64,000 nt of DNA from Candidatus Omnitrophota bacterium (GTDB lineage Bacteria; Ratteibacteria; UBA8468; MWAK01): contig JBDRQI010000031.1 in NCBI GenBank assembly GCA_043826355.1, forward strand, positions 32,001 through 96,000, written 5' to 3'. Within the stretch, counting starts at the first letter, position 1. Each line of letters opens with the position of its first letter. The translations under genes were made by a program, and so were the position numbers. The notes under the pieces are model-generated. The model did no database searches and had not been told where the DNA came from. It saw only the letters and a program-made list of their open reading frames with translations. Below, one piece after another: positions 1 to 10,245 of the stretch.

Positions 1-307
1 TGACGTAGAGGGTCGCCCCGGTAATCGGCACACCGTAAAGAGCCGCCTGAATTATGGCGTTCTGCTCCGCGTGCAATCCCCGGCATAGTTCCTGCCTTTC
101 TCCGGAAGGAATCCCGCGCTCCTCACGCAGGCACCCGATATCAAGGCAATGCCTGAGGTTAGCCGGTGCGCCGTTATAACCGGTGGTCAGGATGCGTTTT
201 TCGCGTACCAGGACTGCGCCTACCTGGCGCCGCCGGCAGGTAGAGCGGGTGGCAACCAAGTCGGCAATTTTCAAAAAATAGTTATCCCAGTCCGGCCGTT
301 TTTTCAT
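1..307 (-). CDS. dCMP/cytidine deaminase family protein (3' end runs off the window)
   Basis: Manual translation from ATG at 307: [34 protein letters not shown]...TGYNGAP...[18 protein letters not shown] zinc motif. Confidence 0.9.
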   Translation of the reverse strand, partial: MKKRPDWDNYFLKIADLVATRSTCRRRQVGAVLVREKRILTTGYNGAPANLRHCLDIGCLREERGIPSGERQELCRGLHAEQNAIIQAALYGVPITGATLYV

Positions 308-318
308 TCCAACAGACG

Positions 319-346
319 GGTGGGGGCGGATAAATCCGCCCCCACC
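319..346. repeat. REP-like palindrome
   Basis: GGTGGGGGCGGA-TAAA-TCCGCCCCCACC perfect hairpin, related to GTAG-type palindromes at 48723-48805 and 54738-54765. Confidence 0.6.
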
Positions 347-387
347 TTAAAATATCCGATGCGTTTGTACGGATTATTCAATCCCTG

Positions 388-1056
388 CTATTTTTTCAAT
401 CGCTGAAAATACCCCTCCAGCCATCCCTTGATTAAATCCTTGGACCCAAGTGCAAATGCCAGAGCAGCGCCGAAACAAAAAGCAGCCAGCACAATATTAA
501 AGGTGCTGCTGATAAAAGAGGCGGCAATTCCGATTATCTGCAGGGCCAGCACGGTGCCGAAGACAACGATTCCCACTTCGGTTATTTTCGCCAGGAAACC
601 CGGATTATCAATACCGGCGTTGGCCACGGAAGTTTGAACCACCCCCTTAAAAAACTTACCCAGAAACACGGAAAAGATGAAAATGATTATACCCAGCACA
701 AATTTGGGAATAAATTCCAGAAGCTGGCCGATAACGTTGGGAGGTATGGAAATATTACCCACCGTCAGCGCAATGAAAATCACCACCAAGAGCATTATCC
801 AGTAAACCGCAATACCGAGCAGTTCCGAAACCGGTTTGGTGATGTTCCCTTTTTCCAGCAGACCTTTAAATCCGGAATCTTCCACCAACTTATCAATCTT
901 TATTCCCTTGAATATCCTGGTGATTAAAAAACACAAAAGCTTGGCAATCAGCCAACCGATTAAAAAGACCACCAACGCCAGAATCAGCGTTGACAAACCA
1001 TACCAAAACCTTTGCAGCATCTCCGCCGCCGGCATAAAAAGACTCTCCGTTCCCAT
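388..1056 (-). CDS. Membrane protein with repeated TM helices (CmpX/MscS-associated TM-helix type)
   Basis: Hydrophobic helices (ILALVVFLIGWLIAK; FIPKFVLGIIIF; AFALGSKD); start placed at ATG 1056 behind GGAGGAGG. Confidence 0.7.
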   Translation of the reverse strand: MGTESLFMPAAEMLQRFWYGLSTLILALVVFLIGWLIAKLLCFLITRIFKGIKIDKLVEDSGFKGLLEKGNITKPVSELLGIAVYWIMLLVVIFIALTVGNISIPPNVIGQLLEFIPKFVLGIIIFIFSVFLGKFFKGVVQTSVANAGIDNPGFLAKITEVGIVVFGTVLALQIIGIAASFISSTFNIVLAAFCFGAALAFALGSKDLIKGWLEGYFQRLKK

Positions 1057-1314
1057 CCCCTCCTCCTTTGGCCGCCGCAACAAGGACACCGGATGGTGGC
1101 AGAGCCACCCGACAACGAGGTGTCCGTTTTGCTTAAGCGACATTCAGCCCGCCTACTCGGAAGCTACGGCGGGTAAACCTTATGCATGGACGACCCTCTA
1201 AACGCCTTATTCCCTTCTTACGATAAGCTGCTTGTTCTATTTTAACAGGATACAAAACGATAGTCAAATATGCGCCTGATTGACAAAACAACAGCACTAA
1301 CGATAACATAAAGC

Positions 1315-2010
1315 ATGAAGGAGGAAATTATAGCAAGAAGCATGCGTAAGAAAATACCCGACTTTTTGAAGCCGCTTATCTTAATTACCTCATTATTTTT
1401 ATTTTTTGCTCTCTTTTCTACCGTCCTCACGGGAGTCGAAAGTAAAAATACTACAGACCTTACGAAAACCATCACGCAGGGTTACGTGATTAACACCCGT
1501 TATCTACTGGGTTGTGATTATTACAACCAGGGTGTTAAATATTCCAACAACCAGCAGTACGATAAGGCCCTGGTCTCTTTTCGCAAGGCGGTAGAGTTAC
1601 TGCCAAAGGGCCATCCGGGGTATGTCCTTTCCAAAATTGAAATCCAGCGGTTGACCGACCCCGGATTCCTGGAGGAAAAAAAGAATAGATACGAAATACT
1701 GCTTACGGAAGAGGTCACCCAACAGTTAGAGAACATAGAAAAAGAAGCCAGAAAAATAGTCGGCATTGCCGTTGAAAAAGAACTGGAGCCCGCCTCCGAA
1801 AATCAGGAGGTAGCAAGAGAGAAACGACTGAAGAAAGCCGCCCGGCAGGTTGCCCTGGAACTCGCAATCGAAAACCTAAAAAAGCAGATTGAACAGGAAA
1901 ATAATACAACCGAACTCTCGATATCTCAAAAAATACAGCCGGATGAAGAAGGACTATTAAAAGAAAAGATCAGGTCGCTGGTGGACCAGGAATTCGCCAT
2001 CCGAAAATAG
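1315..2010 (+). CDS. Membrane-anchored TPR-repeat/coiled-coil hypothetical protein
   Basis: N-terminal TM segment, YYNQGVKY...YDKALVSFRKAVELLP TPR-like repeat. Confidence 0.6.
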   Translation: MKEEIIARSMRKKIPDFLKPLILITSLFLFFALFSTVLTGVESKNTTDLTKTITQGYVINTRYLLGCDYYNQGVKYSNNQQYDKALVSFRKAVELLPKGHPGYVLSKIEIQRLTDPGFLEEKKNRYEILLTEEVTQQLENIEKEARKIVGIAVEKELEPASENQEVAREKRLKKAARQVALELAIENLKKQIEQENNTTELSISQKIQPDEEGLLKEKIRSLVDQEFAIRK

Positions 2011-2020
2011 AGGTTTGGCC

Positions 2021-2848
2021 ATGGTATGGAAATGCCCTAAATGCAACAAGGAACTGAAAGAAAACGACGCCACCCGGGGTAACTGCCCTTACTGCTTTCA
2101 AACTTTTGACCGGCCCGAAGAGTTTCAGGAAGAAAAGGTTTTGGTTGAAAAAACCGCCGGAAATTTTCGGATTACCGAACGTGATTCGGATTCTATTCTG
2201 CTTTGGTTATCGCTTACCGCCCTGTGCTTATTATTAGTCTCGCTCTTCCTGGAAATCTGGCAGCCGCCCCAAAAATACCAGCCGGCCTCACCTCAAATCA
2301 AAACGGAAAAAATAGCGCCGAAACGGAATGAGCCGACCAAACCAAAAGAAGAAAACGACTCCGTGAAGTCACTCCAGGCAAAAGAAAAGGAGATTGCCCA
2401 GACAATCCTGCTGGAGTACGGGAAAAAAACCTGTCAGAAAATTAACGAATCCCTGGAACAGGACCGTCTCCTGCAGCAAAAAGACGAAGCGAAGCTCGGA
2501 GGCCTGTTTGGCAATCCGATCGGACTGGCACACACCCAGTTGCAATCCGTTTATGCCCGATACTACCAGGCCTATTTTTTGCTGTTGGGTGTAAATGAAA
2601 ATCCGGACGGATTTAAAGTCATAACCAATGATATTGTTGTCAGCAACGCCGATTTCGCAAAAGGGAAACTGGTCATCCAGCTAATCACCCCCTCTTCCCT
2701 GAATGCCGAAAATACCGAACTATTTAAAACGGTCCATTCCGAACCCTACCAGTTTATTGTTTCCTGCACCCGCTCCGGAAATGAATGGAAGGTAAAGGAA
2801 TGGACTACGACCGGCACCGAATGGAATTTCCGGCCCCTGCCCCATTAA
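2021..2848 (+). CDS. Hypothetical membrane protein with N-terminal zinc ribbon
   Basis: CPKC...CPYC, then one TM helix. Confidence 0.6.
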   Translation: MVWKCPKCNKELKENDATRGNCPYCFQTFDRPEEFQEEKVLVEKTAGNFRITERDSDSILLWLSLTALCLLLVSLFLEIWQPPQKYQPASPQIKTEKIAPKRNEPTKPKEENDSVKSLQAKEKEIAQTILLEYGKKTCQKINESLEQDRLLQQKDEAKLGGLFGNPIGLAHTQLQSVYARYYQAYFLLLGVNENPDGFKVITNDIVVSNADFAKGKLVIQLITPSSLNAENTELFKTVHSEPYQFIVSCTRSGNEWKVKEWTTTGTEWNFRPLPH

Positions 2849-2957
2849 CCAAAGCAAATGGCAACCAGATTGTTTCAACGAAAACCGGCAAATCGTACGC
2901 GAATCCGGTTATAATTATAAAAGTAATTTTTAACGCGGCACAGTCCAGGGAGGAACC

Positions 2958-3458
2958 ATGAGGGAAGAAAATATTTTGGAGTTGAACCGGGACATTTTTT
3001 TCGAATACGGAACGTTCGCAAATTTAATTAATCCCAATACGGCCAGACTGGGTAAGAAACCGATTGAGTTTTTCCGGGACATGCTCTCGGTGAAACTGGG
3101 AACGGCCAACATCGCCTCTTTCTCCGTTTGCCGCGTAGAGAAAAGGCCTTTTGTCGTCAATGTTAGCGAATACCACAATTCCACCGGAGAGGGCATTCTT
3201 CCGCTGGATGGGAACATCCTGATACACGTCGCAATCGCCACGCCGGAAAACAAAATACCGGCAGACAAGATTAAAATCTTCCACGTACCCAAGGGAACGA
3301 TGGTCAGCCTGAACCCGGGAGTCTGGCACCACGCGCCTTTCGCCTATAAAAACGATGCCGTCAACGTCATGGTGGTATTGCCGGAAAGAATCTACGCCAA
3401 TGACTGCGAAGCTCATCCCCTCCCGCCGGCAAAACAGGTCCGGATCAAAATCAGCTGA
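2958..3458 (+). CDS. Ureidoglycolate lyase-like (cupin) protein
   Basis: EYH...EGILPL and PGVWHHAP motifs; GGAGG RBS. Confidence 0.7.
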   Translation: MREENILELNRDIFFEYGTFANLINPNTARLGKKPIEFFRDMLSVKLGTANIASFSVCRVEKRPFVVNVSEYHNSTGEGILPLDGNILIHVAIATPENKIPADKIKIFHVPKGTMVSLNPGVWHHAPFAYKNDAVNVMVVLPERIYANDCEAHPLPPAKQVRIKIS

Positions 3459-3671
3459 ATCATTATTGGAAACCGCCGTCCCTTAACCCCGGCAACTAAA
3501 AAAAGGGGCGTTCCGCATCATCCGGACAAGATTTATCTTTTGACTTACCCTCCAATTCTATGATAAAATTTGACCGTTTGTAGTTCGACAATTTCTGCAA
3601 CAACAATCCCAGTAATAGTTTTATTTTTACTGAAAAAAGCGGAGGATGTATTTAGTCTAATCATCTAATCG

Positions 3672-3708
3672 GGGATTGCCGCGCTCCCTTCGGTCGCTCG
3701 CAATAACA
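3672..3708. repeat. Short intergenic palindromic repeat (GATTGCC...CTCGCAATRAC family)
   Basis: Similar copies at 47498-47535 and within 59669-59811. Confidence 0.5.
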
Positions 3709-3719
3709 ACATTAAAATT

Positions 3720-4562
3720 ATGGGTTTCCGCTATCCGAAATCCTTGGTTCCCGCACTTTTAACCACCCTGTTCTGCCTTTCTTTGAGTTCCTGCGGCAAA
3801 GGCCGCGCCGAAAAACTTATCGTGGCTGGTTCAAACTCTGCCTATTCCTATGTGGAATTCTTGGCCGAGATCTATACCGTAAAACAGCCGAAGATAAACG
3901 TAATTGTACAGGGCGGCGGTTCCAGCGCCGGGATTGAATCGGCGCTCACCGGAACCTCCAACATCGGGATGTCTTCGCGGGAACTTAAACCGAAAGAAGA
4001 GTTTGAGGCCGGAGGAAAAGTAAAACTGCAAAAAGTGCCGTTCGCTTTTGACGTAATTGCCGTAATCGTCAACGCCAATTCCCCCCTGACCAATATATCA
4101 AGCGAACAATTGCGAAACCTGTTCGCCGGACATATCAACAAAATTGACAACTGGCCGCTGACCGTGGTTACCCGCGAAGAGGGTTCAGGCACCAGAGCAA
4201 GTTTTGAAGAATCCGTGATGAAAGCGCCGGGCTCCAAAAAAACCGACCGGATTTCCAATTCGGCGCTGGTTCAGGATTCCAACGGAACCATCCGGGAAAT
4301 CGTGGCCGGCGACCCGAACGCCATTGGTTATATCTCGCTGGGCCTGGTTGACAAGCGGGTTAAGACGCTGTCTGTTGATAACGTTATACCGACCGCAGAG
4401 ACGGTCAAGAATGGAAGCTATAAAATAGCGCATCGATTTCTGTTTCTCCTGAAAACCCGGAATAATCCCCCGGCCGAGGATTTCATCAAATTCTGCCTTT
4501 CTCCGGAAGGTCAAAACCTGCTGGCCAAAAAGGGCCTAATTGAGGTAGAAAACATTCAATGA
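3720..4562 (+). CDS. pstS: Phosphate ABC transporter substrate-binding lipoprotein
   Basis: Lipobox LSSC, GGGSSAGI, REEGSGTR, AIGYISLG. Confidence 0.9.
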   Translation: MGFRYPKSLVPALLTTLFCLSLSSCGKGRAEKLIVAGSNSAYSYVEFLAEIYTVKQPKINVIVQGGGSSAGIESALTGTSNIGMSSRELKPKEEFEAGGKVKLQKVPFAFDVIAVIVNANSPLTNISSEQLRNLFAGHINKIDNWPLTVVTREEGSGTRASFEESVMKAPGSKKTDRISNSALVQDSNGTIREIVAGDPNAIGYISLGLVDKRVKTLSVDNVIPTAETVKNGSYKIAHRFLFLLKTRNNPPAEDFIKFCLSPEGQNLLAKKGLIEVENIQ

Positions 4563-5431
4563 AACGAAACGTGGCCGGCAAAGTATTATTACTAATCGCC
4601 CTTTCGTCAATCACTTCCCTGACCGCCATAACCTTCTTCATTTTTAAAGAAGGTCTGCCTTTAATCTTCAAGGTCGGAATCGTCAACTTCCTTACCGGCC
4701 GAGAATGGTCCCCTTCCAGCAGAGAGTTCGGAATTCTGCCGATGATTCTATCTTCCGCATGGATAACACTGGGCGCATTGGTCATCGGCGTTCCGACCGG
4801 AATCTCCTGCGCCGTATTTTTAGCGGAAATCATCGGGGACAAAACCAGGAAAATTCTGAAACCGGCCATTGAACTTCTGGCCGGCATACCCTCGGTGGTT
4901 TACGGATTTATGGGCGTGATAATCCTGGTCCCGTTCATCCGAAAAACCTTCGGCGGTCCGGGCTTTTCCCTGCTGGCCGGCAGTATCATTTTGGGCATCA
5001 TGATTCTGCCCACCATTATCAGTATCTCCACCGATGCGCTGAAATCCGTCCCAAACTCTTTCCGCGAAGCTTCCATCTCCATGGGCGCGACGCGATGGCA
5101 GACAACTATCTTCGTGACCTTACGGGCGGCGCGCACCGGCATTCTGGCTTCCGTGATTCTGGGGATGGGCCGCGCCATAGGCGAGACGATGGCGGTAATC
5201 ATGGTGGCCGGAAATGCGCTTAACATTCCCCGCTCGCCCCTGGACCCAATCCGACCGCTCACCAGCAATATCGCCCTGGAAATGGGTTACGCCACCGGCG
5301 ACCATCAGAAAGCGCTCTTCGCCACCGGAATCGTTCTCTTTGTTTTCATTATGATTCTAAACGTAACAGCCACTTACATCTCGCGGCTGGGGCTCAAAAC
5401 AGAATCACCTTCAAAGGGACGGATTAAATGA
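4559..5431 (+). CDS. pstC: Phosphate ABC transporter permease
   Basis: [22 protein letters not shown]. Confidence 0.92.
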   Translation: MKRNVAGKVLLLIALSSITSLTAITFFIFKEGLPLIFKVGIVNFLTGREWSPSSREFGILPMILSSAWITLGALVIGVPTGISCAVFLAEIIGDKTRKILKPAIELLAGIPSVVYGFMGVIILVPFIRKTFGGPGFSLLAGSIILGIMILPTIISISTDALKSVPNSFREASISMGATRWQTTIFVTLRAARTGILASVILGMGRAIGETMAVIMVAGNALNIPRSPLDPIRPLTSNIALEMGYATGDHQKALFATGIVLFVFIMILNVTATYISRLGLKTESPSKGRIK

Positions 5432-6279
5432 AATTTCTGCGGCGTAATCCGGTCACGACCCAGCGGTTGGCTGATACCTATTTCAGCATTATGGCCGTGC
5501 TGGTCCTTTTTATCCTCCTCTTTATTTTAGGTTTTATCCTGATTAAAGGATTGCCGGTCCTGAATTTCAAATTTATCTTCGGCCGGCCTGAAGGAATGGG
5601 CGAAGCCGGGGGAATCTTTCCAACCATCGTGGGAACGTTTCTGCTGCCCCTGGTCGCCCTCCTCTTCGCCGTCCCGCTGGGCGTGGGAACCGCCATCTAC
5701 CTGACCGAATATACCCGGGAAAACCGGTTGACCGCATTCATCAGGTTTGGGGCCGAATGCCTGGCCGGCATTCCGTCCATCATCTTCGGCCTCTTCGGCT
5801 TTGTCCTCTTCGTGGTTACGCTGAAGATGGGCTGGTCACTCCTTTCCGGAGGGCTGACGCTGGCAATAATGGTGCTGCCCACCATCATCCGGACCAGCGA
5901 GGAATCTATTAAGGCAGTCCCCCGTTATTACAGAGAAGTCGCTTTCTCCCTGGGCGCAACCAAATGGCAGGGGATAACTAGGGTTGTTCTGCCCTCCGCT
6001 CTTTCCGGTATCTTCACCGGCATCATGCTCGCCCTCGGCCGTTCCATCGGCGAAACCGCCGCAGTAATCTTCACGGCCGGCGCTTCCCTGAAGATGCCCA
6101 CTTCAGCCCTGGATTCGATCCGCACGATGGCAGTCCATTTTTACATCCTGGCCCGGGAAGGCATCAGTATGAAAAATGCATACGGTACCGCAGCGCTCTT
6201 AGTCATATTAATCCTGGTCATCAACACCGTTGCCTACTACACGATGCATAAATTTCTGGAAAAGACCCATCATGAATAA
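5428..6279 (+). CDS. pstA: Phosphate ABC transporter permease
   Basis: YLTEY, LAGIPSIIFGLFG, GRSIGETAAV. Confidence 0.92.
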   Translation: MKFLRRNPVTTQRLADTYFSIMAVLVLFILLFILGFILIKGLPVLNFKFIFGRPEGMGEAGGIFPTIVGTFLLPLVALLFAVPLGVGTAIYLTEYTRENRLTAFIRFGAECLAGIPSIIFGLFGFVLFVVTLKMGWSLLSGGLTLAIMVLPTIIRTSEESIKAVPRYYREVAFSLGATKWQGITRVVLPSALSGIFTGIMLALGRSIGETAAVIFTAGASLKMPTSALDSIRTMAVHFYILAREGISMKNAYGTAALLVILILVINTVAYYTMHKFLEKTHHE

Positions 6280-7045
6280 GGGGTTGCAAAAGAATAAAAT
6301 CATCGAAACAATTGACCTTTCTCTTCAGGGCAACAGCGAAATGGTGCTTAAGTCCATAAACCTTGCCCTGATTCGTAACAGCATCCTGGGCATTATCGGG
6401 CCGACCGGCAGCGGAAAGACCTCGTTTTTGCGCATTCTGAACCGTCTGATTGAATTTGACGAGGGATACCGGGTGTCCGGCTCGGTTCTCTTTAAAAACA
6501 GGGATGTCTTTGACCCTTCCGTGGACCTTGGCGAATTACGCCGGAGAATAGGCATGGTATTTGCGCTACCGGTTCCGCTGCCGATGTCCATTCGCCACAA
6601 CCTGACCTTTGGTCCAAAATTATCGGGCGTCAAAAACCACGCCGAACTTAACGGTCTGATGGAATGCGGACTCAAAGCCGCCCAACTCTGGGATGAGGTG
6701 AAGGACCGTTTAAGTCTTTCGGCTCTAAAACTTTCCGGAGGACAGCAGCAGCGGCTCTGCCTGGCCAGAATTATCGCCCTGAAACCGGAGGTCATACTTC
6801 TGGATGACCCCTGCAGCGGTCTGGACCCGATTTCAACCGCTAAAATAGAGGAAGCCATCATCAATCTTAAAAAGGAGATTTCGTTCATCCTGGTGACCAA
6901 CAATACCAAGCAGGTCGCGCGCGTTGCCGACCGTACCGCCTTTTTTATGCGCGGGGAAATGGTGGAACATAATGAAACGAAAGACCTGTTTACGGCGCCG
7001 AAAGACAAGCGGACCGAAGATTATATAGCTGGAAGATTCGGGTGA
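6272..7045 (+). CDS. pstB: Phosphate ABC transporter ATPase (degenerate Walker B and H-loop)
   Basis: [27 protein letters not shown]-terminal YIAGRFG. Confidence 0.85.
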   Translation: MNKGLQKNKIIETIDLSLQGNSEMVLKSINLALIRNSILGIIGPTGSGKTSFLRILNRLIEFDEGYRVSGSVLFKNRDVFDPSVDLGELRRRIGMVFALPVPLPMSIRHNLTFGPKLSGVKNHAELNGLMECGLKAAQLWDEVKDRLSLSALKLSGGQQQRLCLARIIALKPEVILLDDPCSGLDPISTAKIEEAIINLKKEISFILVTNNTKQVARVADRTAFFMRGEMVEHNETKDLFTAPKDKRTEDYIAGRFG

Positions 7046-7064
7046 TAAAAATAGTGAACGGTGT

Positions 7065-7820
7065 ATGGATTATAAGATAGAAACGAAAGGTCTCAATCTT
7101 TACTACGGAAAATTCCAGGCGCTCCGGAACATAAACTGCAGTTTTGAGGCAAACCGGATTACCGCCCTCATCGGGCCGTCCGGTTGCGGCAAATCAACCT
7201 TTCTGCGCTGCCTCAACCGGATGAACGACCTTATTCCCGGAGTCAAAATTGAGGGCCGGGTCATCATTAGCGGAAAGAATATCTATGCGGCCGGCAACGA
7301 CCTTATTTCGCTCCGCAAAAAGATAGGGATGGTCTTCCAGCGGCCCAACCCTTTTCCGCTCTCCGTCAGGGAGAACGTCACTTACGGCCTTAAGATACAC
7401 AACCTCGCAGCCAGGCAGGACTGGGACCGGATTGTGGAAGAGAGCCTGCGCAGTACCTGGCTGTGGCACGAATTAAAAGACGGCCTCCGGAAGGACGCCC
7501 GGCTCCTGCCGCTGGACCAGCAGCAGCGGCTCTGCCTGGCCAGAATCGTCGCCACCAAGCCGGAAATCATCCTGCTGGACGAACCGTGCAGCGCCCTTGA
7601 CCCGATTGCCACCGAAAAACTGGAAGAATTGATGCGGGCGCTGAAATTAACGTATACCATCGTCATCGTAACTCACAACATGGACCAGGCGGTCAGGATT
7701 TCCGATTCCTGCGGTTTCTTTCTCCTGGGCGACCTGGTCGAATTCGGGACGACCGAGCAGGTCTTTGAAAAACCGGCTGATACCCGCACCGAAAGATATA
7801 TTACCGGACACTTCGGTTAA
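7065..7820 (+). CDS. pstB: Phosphate ABC transporter ATPase (degenerate signature motif)
   Basis: [34 protein letters not shown]. Confidence 0.88.
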   Translation: MDYKIETKGLNLYYGKFQALRNINCSFEANRITALIGPSGCGKSTFLRCLNRMNDLIPGVKIEGRVIISGKNIYAAGNDLISLRKKIGMVFQRPNPFPLSVRENVTYGLKIHNLAARQDWDRIVEESLRSTWLWHELKDGLRKDARLLPLDQQQRLCLARIVATKPEIILLDEPCSALDPIATEKLEELMRALKLTYTIVIVTHNMDQAVRISDSCGFFLLGDLVEFGTTEQVFEKPADTRTERYITGHFG

Positions 7821-7832
7821 AAAATAAAAATG

Positions 7833-7939
7833 AACCGCGGAGGTCGCAGAGACCGCAGAGAAGTATAAAGCAAAAAAACTAAAGAAATAGCATTAATAAC
7901 CTTTATCAATTCTCGGCGTACTCCGCATTCTCTGCGGTT
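7833..7939. repeat. Intergenic inverted-repeat element (AACCGCRGAG...CTCTGCGGTT)
   Basis: Terminal inverted repeats with internal CGCAGAG repeats around an AT-rich spacer. Confidence 0.55.
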
Positions 7940-7976
7940 AAATATTAACAATGCAGGCTTAAAAAATGGAGGATTT

Positions 7977-8633
7977 ATGAAACGGCACTTTGACCTGGAA
8001 CTGGCGGAACTGAAGCGCACCATCCTGGCGATGAGCGGGATGGTTGAAGAGGCAATTAATAAAGCGGTGGCTTCCCTGGAAAGACTCTCCCCGGAAATGG
8101 CTAACGAAATAATTCAATCAGACACCCGGATTGACCGGCTGGAAAACGAGATTGAAGAGAAAACAATCGCCTTTATCGTCCGCAACCAGCCGGTGGCCGG
8201 AGATTTACGGCTGATTGTTATGGCGACCAAGATCGGTACGGATTTGGAACGGATGGCGGATCTGGCAGTTGATATTGCCGAACGTACCCTGGAACTGGCG
8301 GGTCAACCTTTAATCAAACCCCTGATTGACATCCCGAAACTGGCGCGCCTGGCCCAGAAGATGACCCACGAAAGCATTGAATCATTCATAACCCTGGACG
8401 GAGAACTGGCGCGTAACGTCCGGGTCCAGGACGATGAAGCCGATTTCCTGCGGGACCTGATTACCCGGGAACTGACCGAAATTATCAACCGCGACTGCTG
8501 CGTTGCGGTTAGGGCCATCCCCCTCATACTGGCCGCCCGTCACCTGGAGCGTATCTGCGACCACGCCACCAACATCGCTGAGTCCGTAGTTTACGTGGCG
8601 GAAGCAAAACTAATCAAACATGACGAAGCATAA
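7977..8633 (+). CDS. phoU: Phosphate signalling protein PhoU
   Basis: QPVAGDLR, DLERMAD, LERICDHATNIAE. Confidence 0.93.
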   Translation: MKRHFDLELAELKRTILAMSGMVEEAINKAVASLERLSPEMANEIIQSDTRIDRLENEIEEKTIAFIVRNQPVAGDLRLIVMATKIGTDLERMADLAVDIAERTLELAGQPLIKPLIDIPKLARLAQKMTHESIESFITLDGELARNVRVQDDEADFLRDLITRELTEIINRDCCVAVRAIPLILAARHLERICDHATNIAESVVYVAEAKLIKHDEA

Positions 8634-8699
8634 AAGTGCTGTAAAATTAAGCCTCTTTACAATTTTTTAAATAAAGTTATTTCTTAGGGAGGCAGGGTT

Positions 8700-9764
8700 A
8701 TGAAACAAATTAAGGTGGGAATAATCGGGTTGGGACGCAGCGGCAGGGATATACACGGTCAATATCTGTACGCTGCAAGGGATAAATATGAGATCGTCGC
8801 GGTCTGCGACATTTCAAAGGAAAGACGGGAACGGTCAGGAAAAGAATACGGGTGCGCAGTTTATGCCGACTATAAAGAAATGTTTGCCGGAAAAAATTTG
8901 GACTTACTGATAAATGCCCTGCCGAGCCACCTGCATGTTCCGGTAACAAAACAGGCGTTAAGCGCCGGATTTAATGTGCTGTGCGAGAAACCACTGGCAA
9001 GAACGGTTAAAGAAGTGGACATGCTGATTGCGGCGGCGCAAAAAAGCGGTAAGGTATTTGCCATATATCAGCAATCAAGATTTGCGCCGTATTTCCAGCA
9101 GATAAAGAAGATTATAAGGTCCGGTGTGCTGGGACGGATTGTGCAGATAAGTATCGCATTCAACGGCTTTTCAAGAAGATGGGACTGGCAGACCCTGCAG
9201 GAATACAACGGAGGCAATCTGCTAAACACGGGCCCGCATCCGCTCGACCAGGCGTTAAACCTCCTGAATGCGGATAAAACTCCAAAGGTGACCTGCAAAA
9301 TGGACAGGGTCAACACTTACGGAGATGCTGAAGATTATGTAAAACTACTGCTGCAGACGCCTGGCAAACCACTCATAGACGTTGAAATATCTTCCTGCTG
9401 CGCATATCCCGGTTTTACATACAATATTCAGGCAGCCAGAGGCGGAGCGCAAGGAAATAATTCCCGCATAACCTGGAAGTATTTTAAGCCGACGGAAGCG
9501 TCGAAAAGGCGTTTACAGCGCACACCCCTGGCAAACCCCGACGGCACACCGGCATACTGCGTTGACGACCTGAAGTGGCATGAAGAAAGCTGGAATTTAG
9601 CGGAAGAACAAAAAGACCTTTTCAACACAATGAATAAGTTTTTCTACGACATGCTTCATAAGACGCTGCAACACGGCAAACCGCTTGAGATAACGCCGCA
9701 ACAGGTAAGACAGCAGATTGCGGTTATTGAAGAATGCCACCGGCAAAATAAACTTGACCCATGA
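8700..9764 (+). CDS. Gfo/Idh/MocA family oxidoreductase
   Basis: GIIGLGRSG, VLCEKP, GGNLLNTGPH. Confidence 0.9.
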   Translation: MKQIKVGIIGLGRSGRDIHGQYLYAARDKYEIVAVCDISKERRERSGKEYGCAVYADYKEMFAGKNLDLLINALPSHLHVPVTKQALSAGFNVLCEKPLARTVKEVDMLIAAAQKSGKVFAIYQQSRFAPYFQQIKKIIRSGVLGRIVQISIAFNGFSRRWDWQTLQEYNGGNLLNTGPHPLDQALNLLNADKTPKVTCKMDRVNTYGDAEDYVKLLLQTPGKPLIDVEISSCCAYPGFTYNIQAARGGAQGNNSRITWKYFKPTEASKRRLQRTPLANPDGTPAYCVDDLKWHEESWNLAEEQKDLFNTMNKFFYDMLHKTLQHGKPLEITPQQVRQQIAVIEECHRQNKLDP

Positions 9765-9862
9765 ATTACGAGACAGAATCCACATTCACTGCCACGGTCG
9801 AATCAAAAATGTTTTTCAGGATTTTTTGGATATGGGACCGGTTGATAGCATATAACAAATTT

Positions 9863-10045
9863 ATGGGCAGAATCAAAAAAATAATTCTGGTGCATCATAC
9901 TCACACCGATATCGGCTACACAGGCACATCCGCCGCGGTAGCGGTTCAACATATCAAACATCTGCGCACCGTCCTGGCAATGTGCCGGCGCAACCATGAG
10001 TTTCGCTGGACGATATATATAAAAATCCAAAGGAATATTTTATAA
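9863..10045 (+). pseudogene. N-terminal fragment of a GH38/alpha-mannosidase-like glycoside hydrolase
   Basis: KKIILVHHTHTDIGYT...FRWT, then early stop. Confidence 0.55.
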
Positions 10046-10245
10046 ATATCCCAAATTTTATAAACAAATTGGTTAAATGGGTTAATTATCTGGAAAAGAA
10101 AAATGCCGAGGCAAAAAACAGAACGGTAATTGAAGATCTTAGATTATGTTTAATGAATTGGTTGGGGAGGTTAAAAAGTGAAGATAATAGATTTAAACCT
10201 CTTAATTAAACCGCACTGGCGGTGGGGGTTTACTTCACCTGACTC

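Noticed and set aside
10178..10230. Possible cyclase-family gene start (MKIIDL...PHWRW) with RBS
   Set aside because: Only about 16 codons before it runs antisense into rnd; not supportable.
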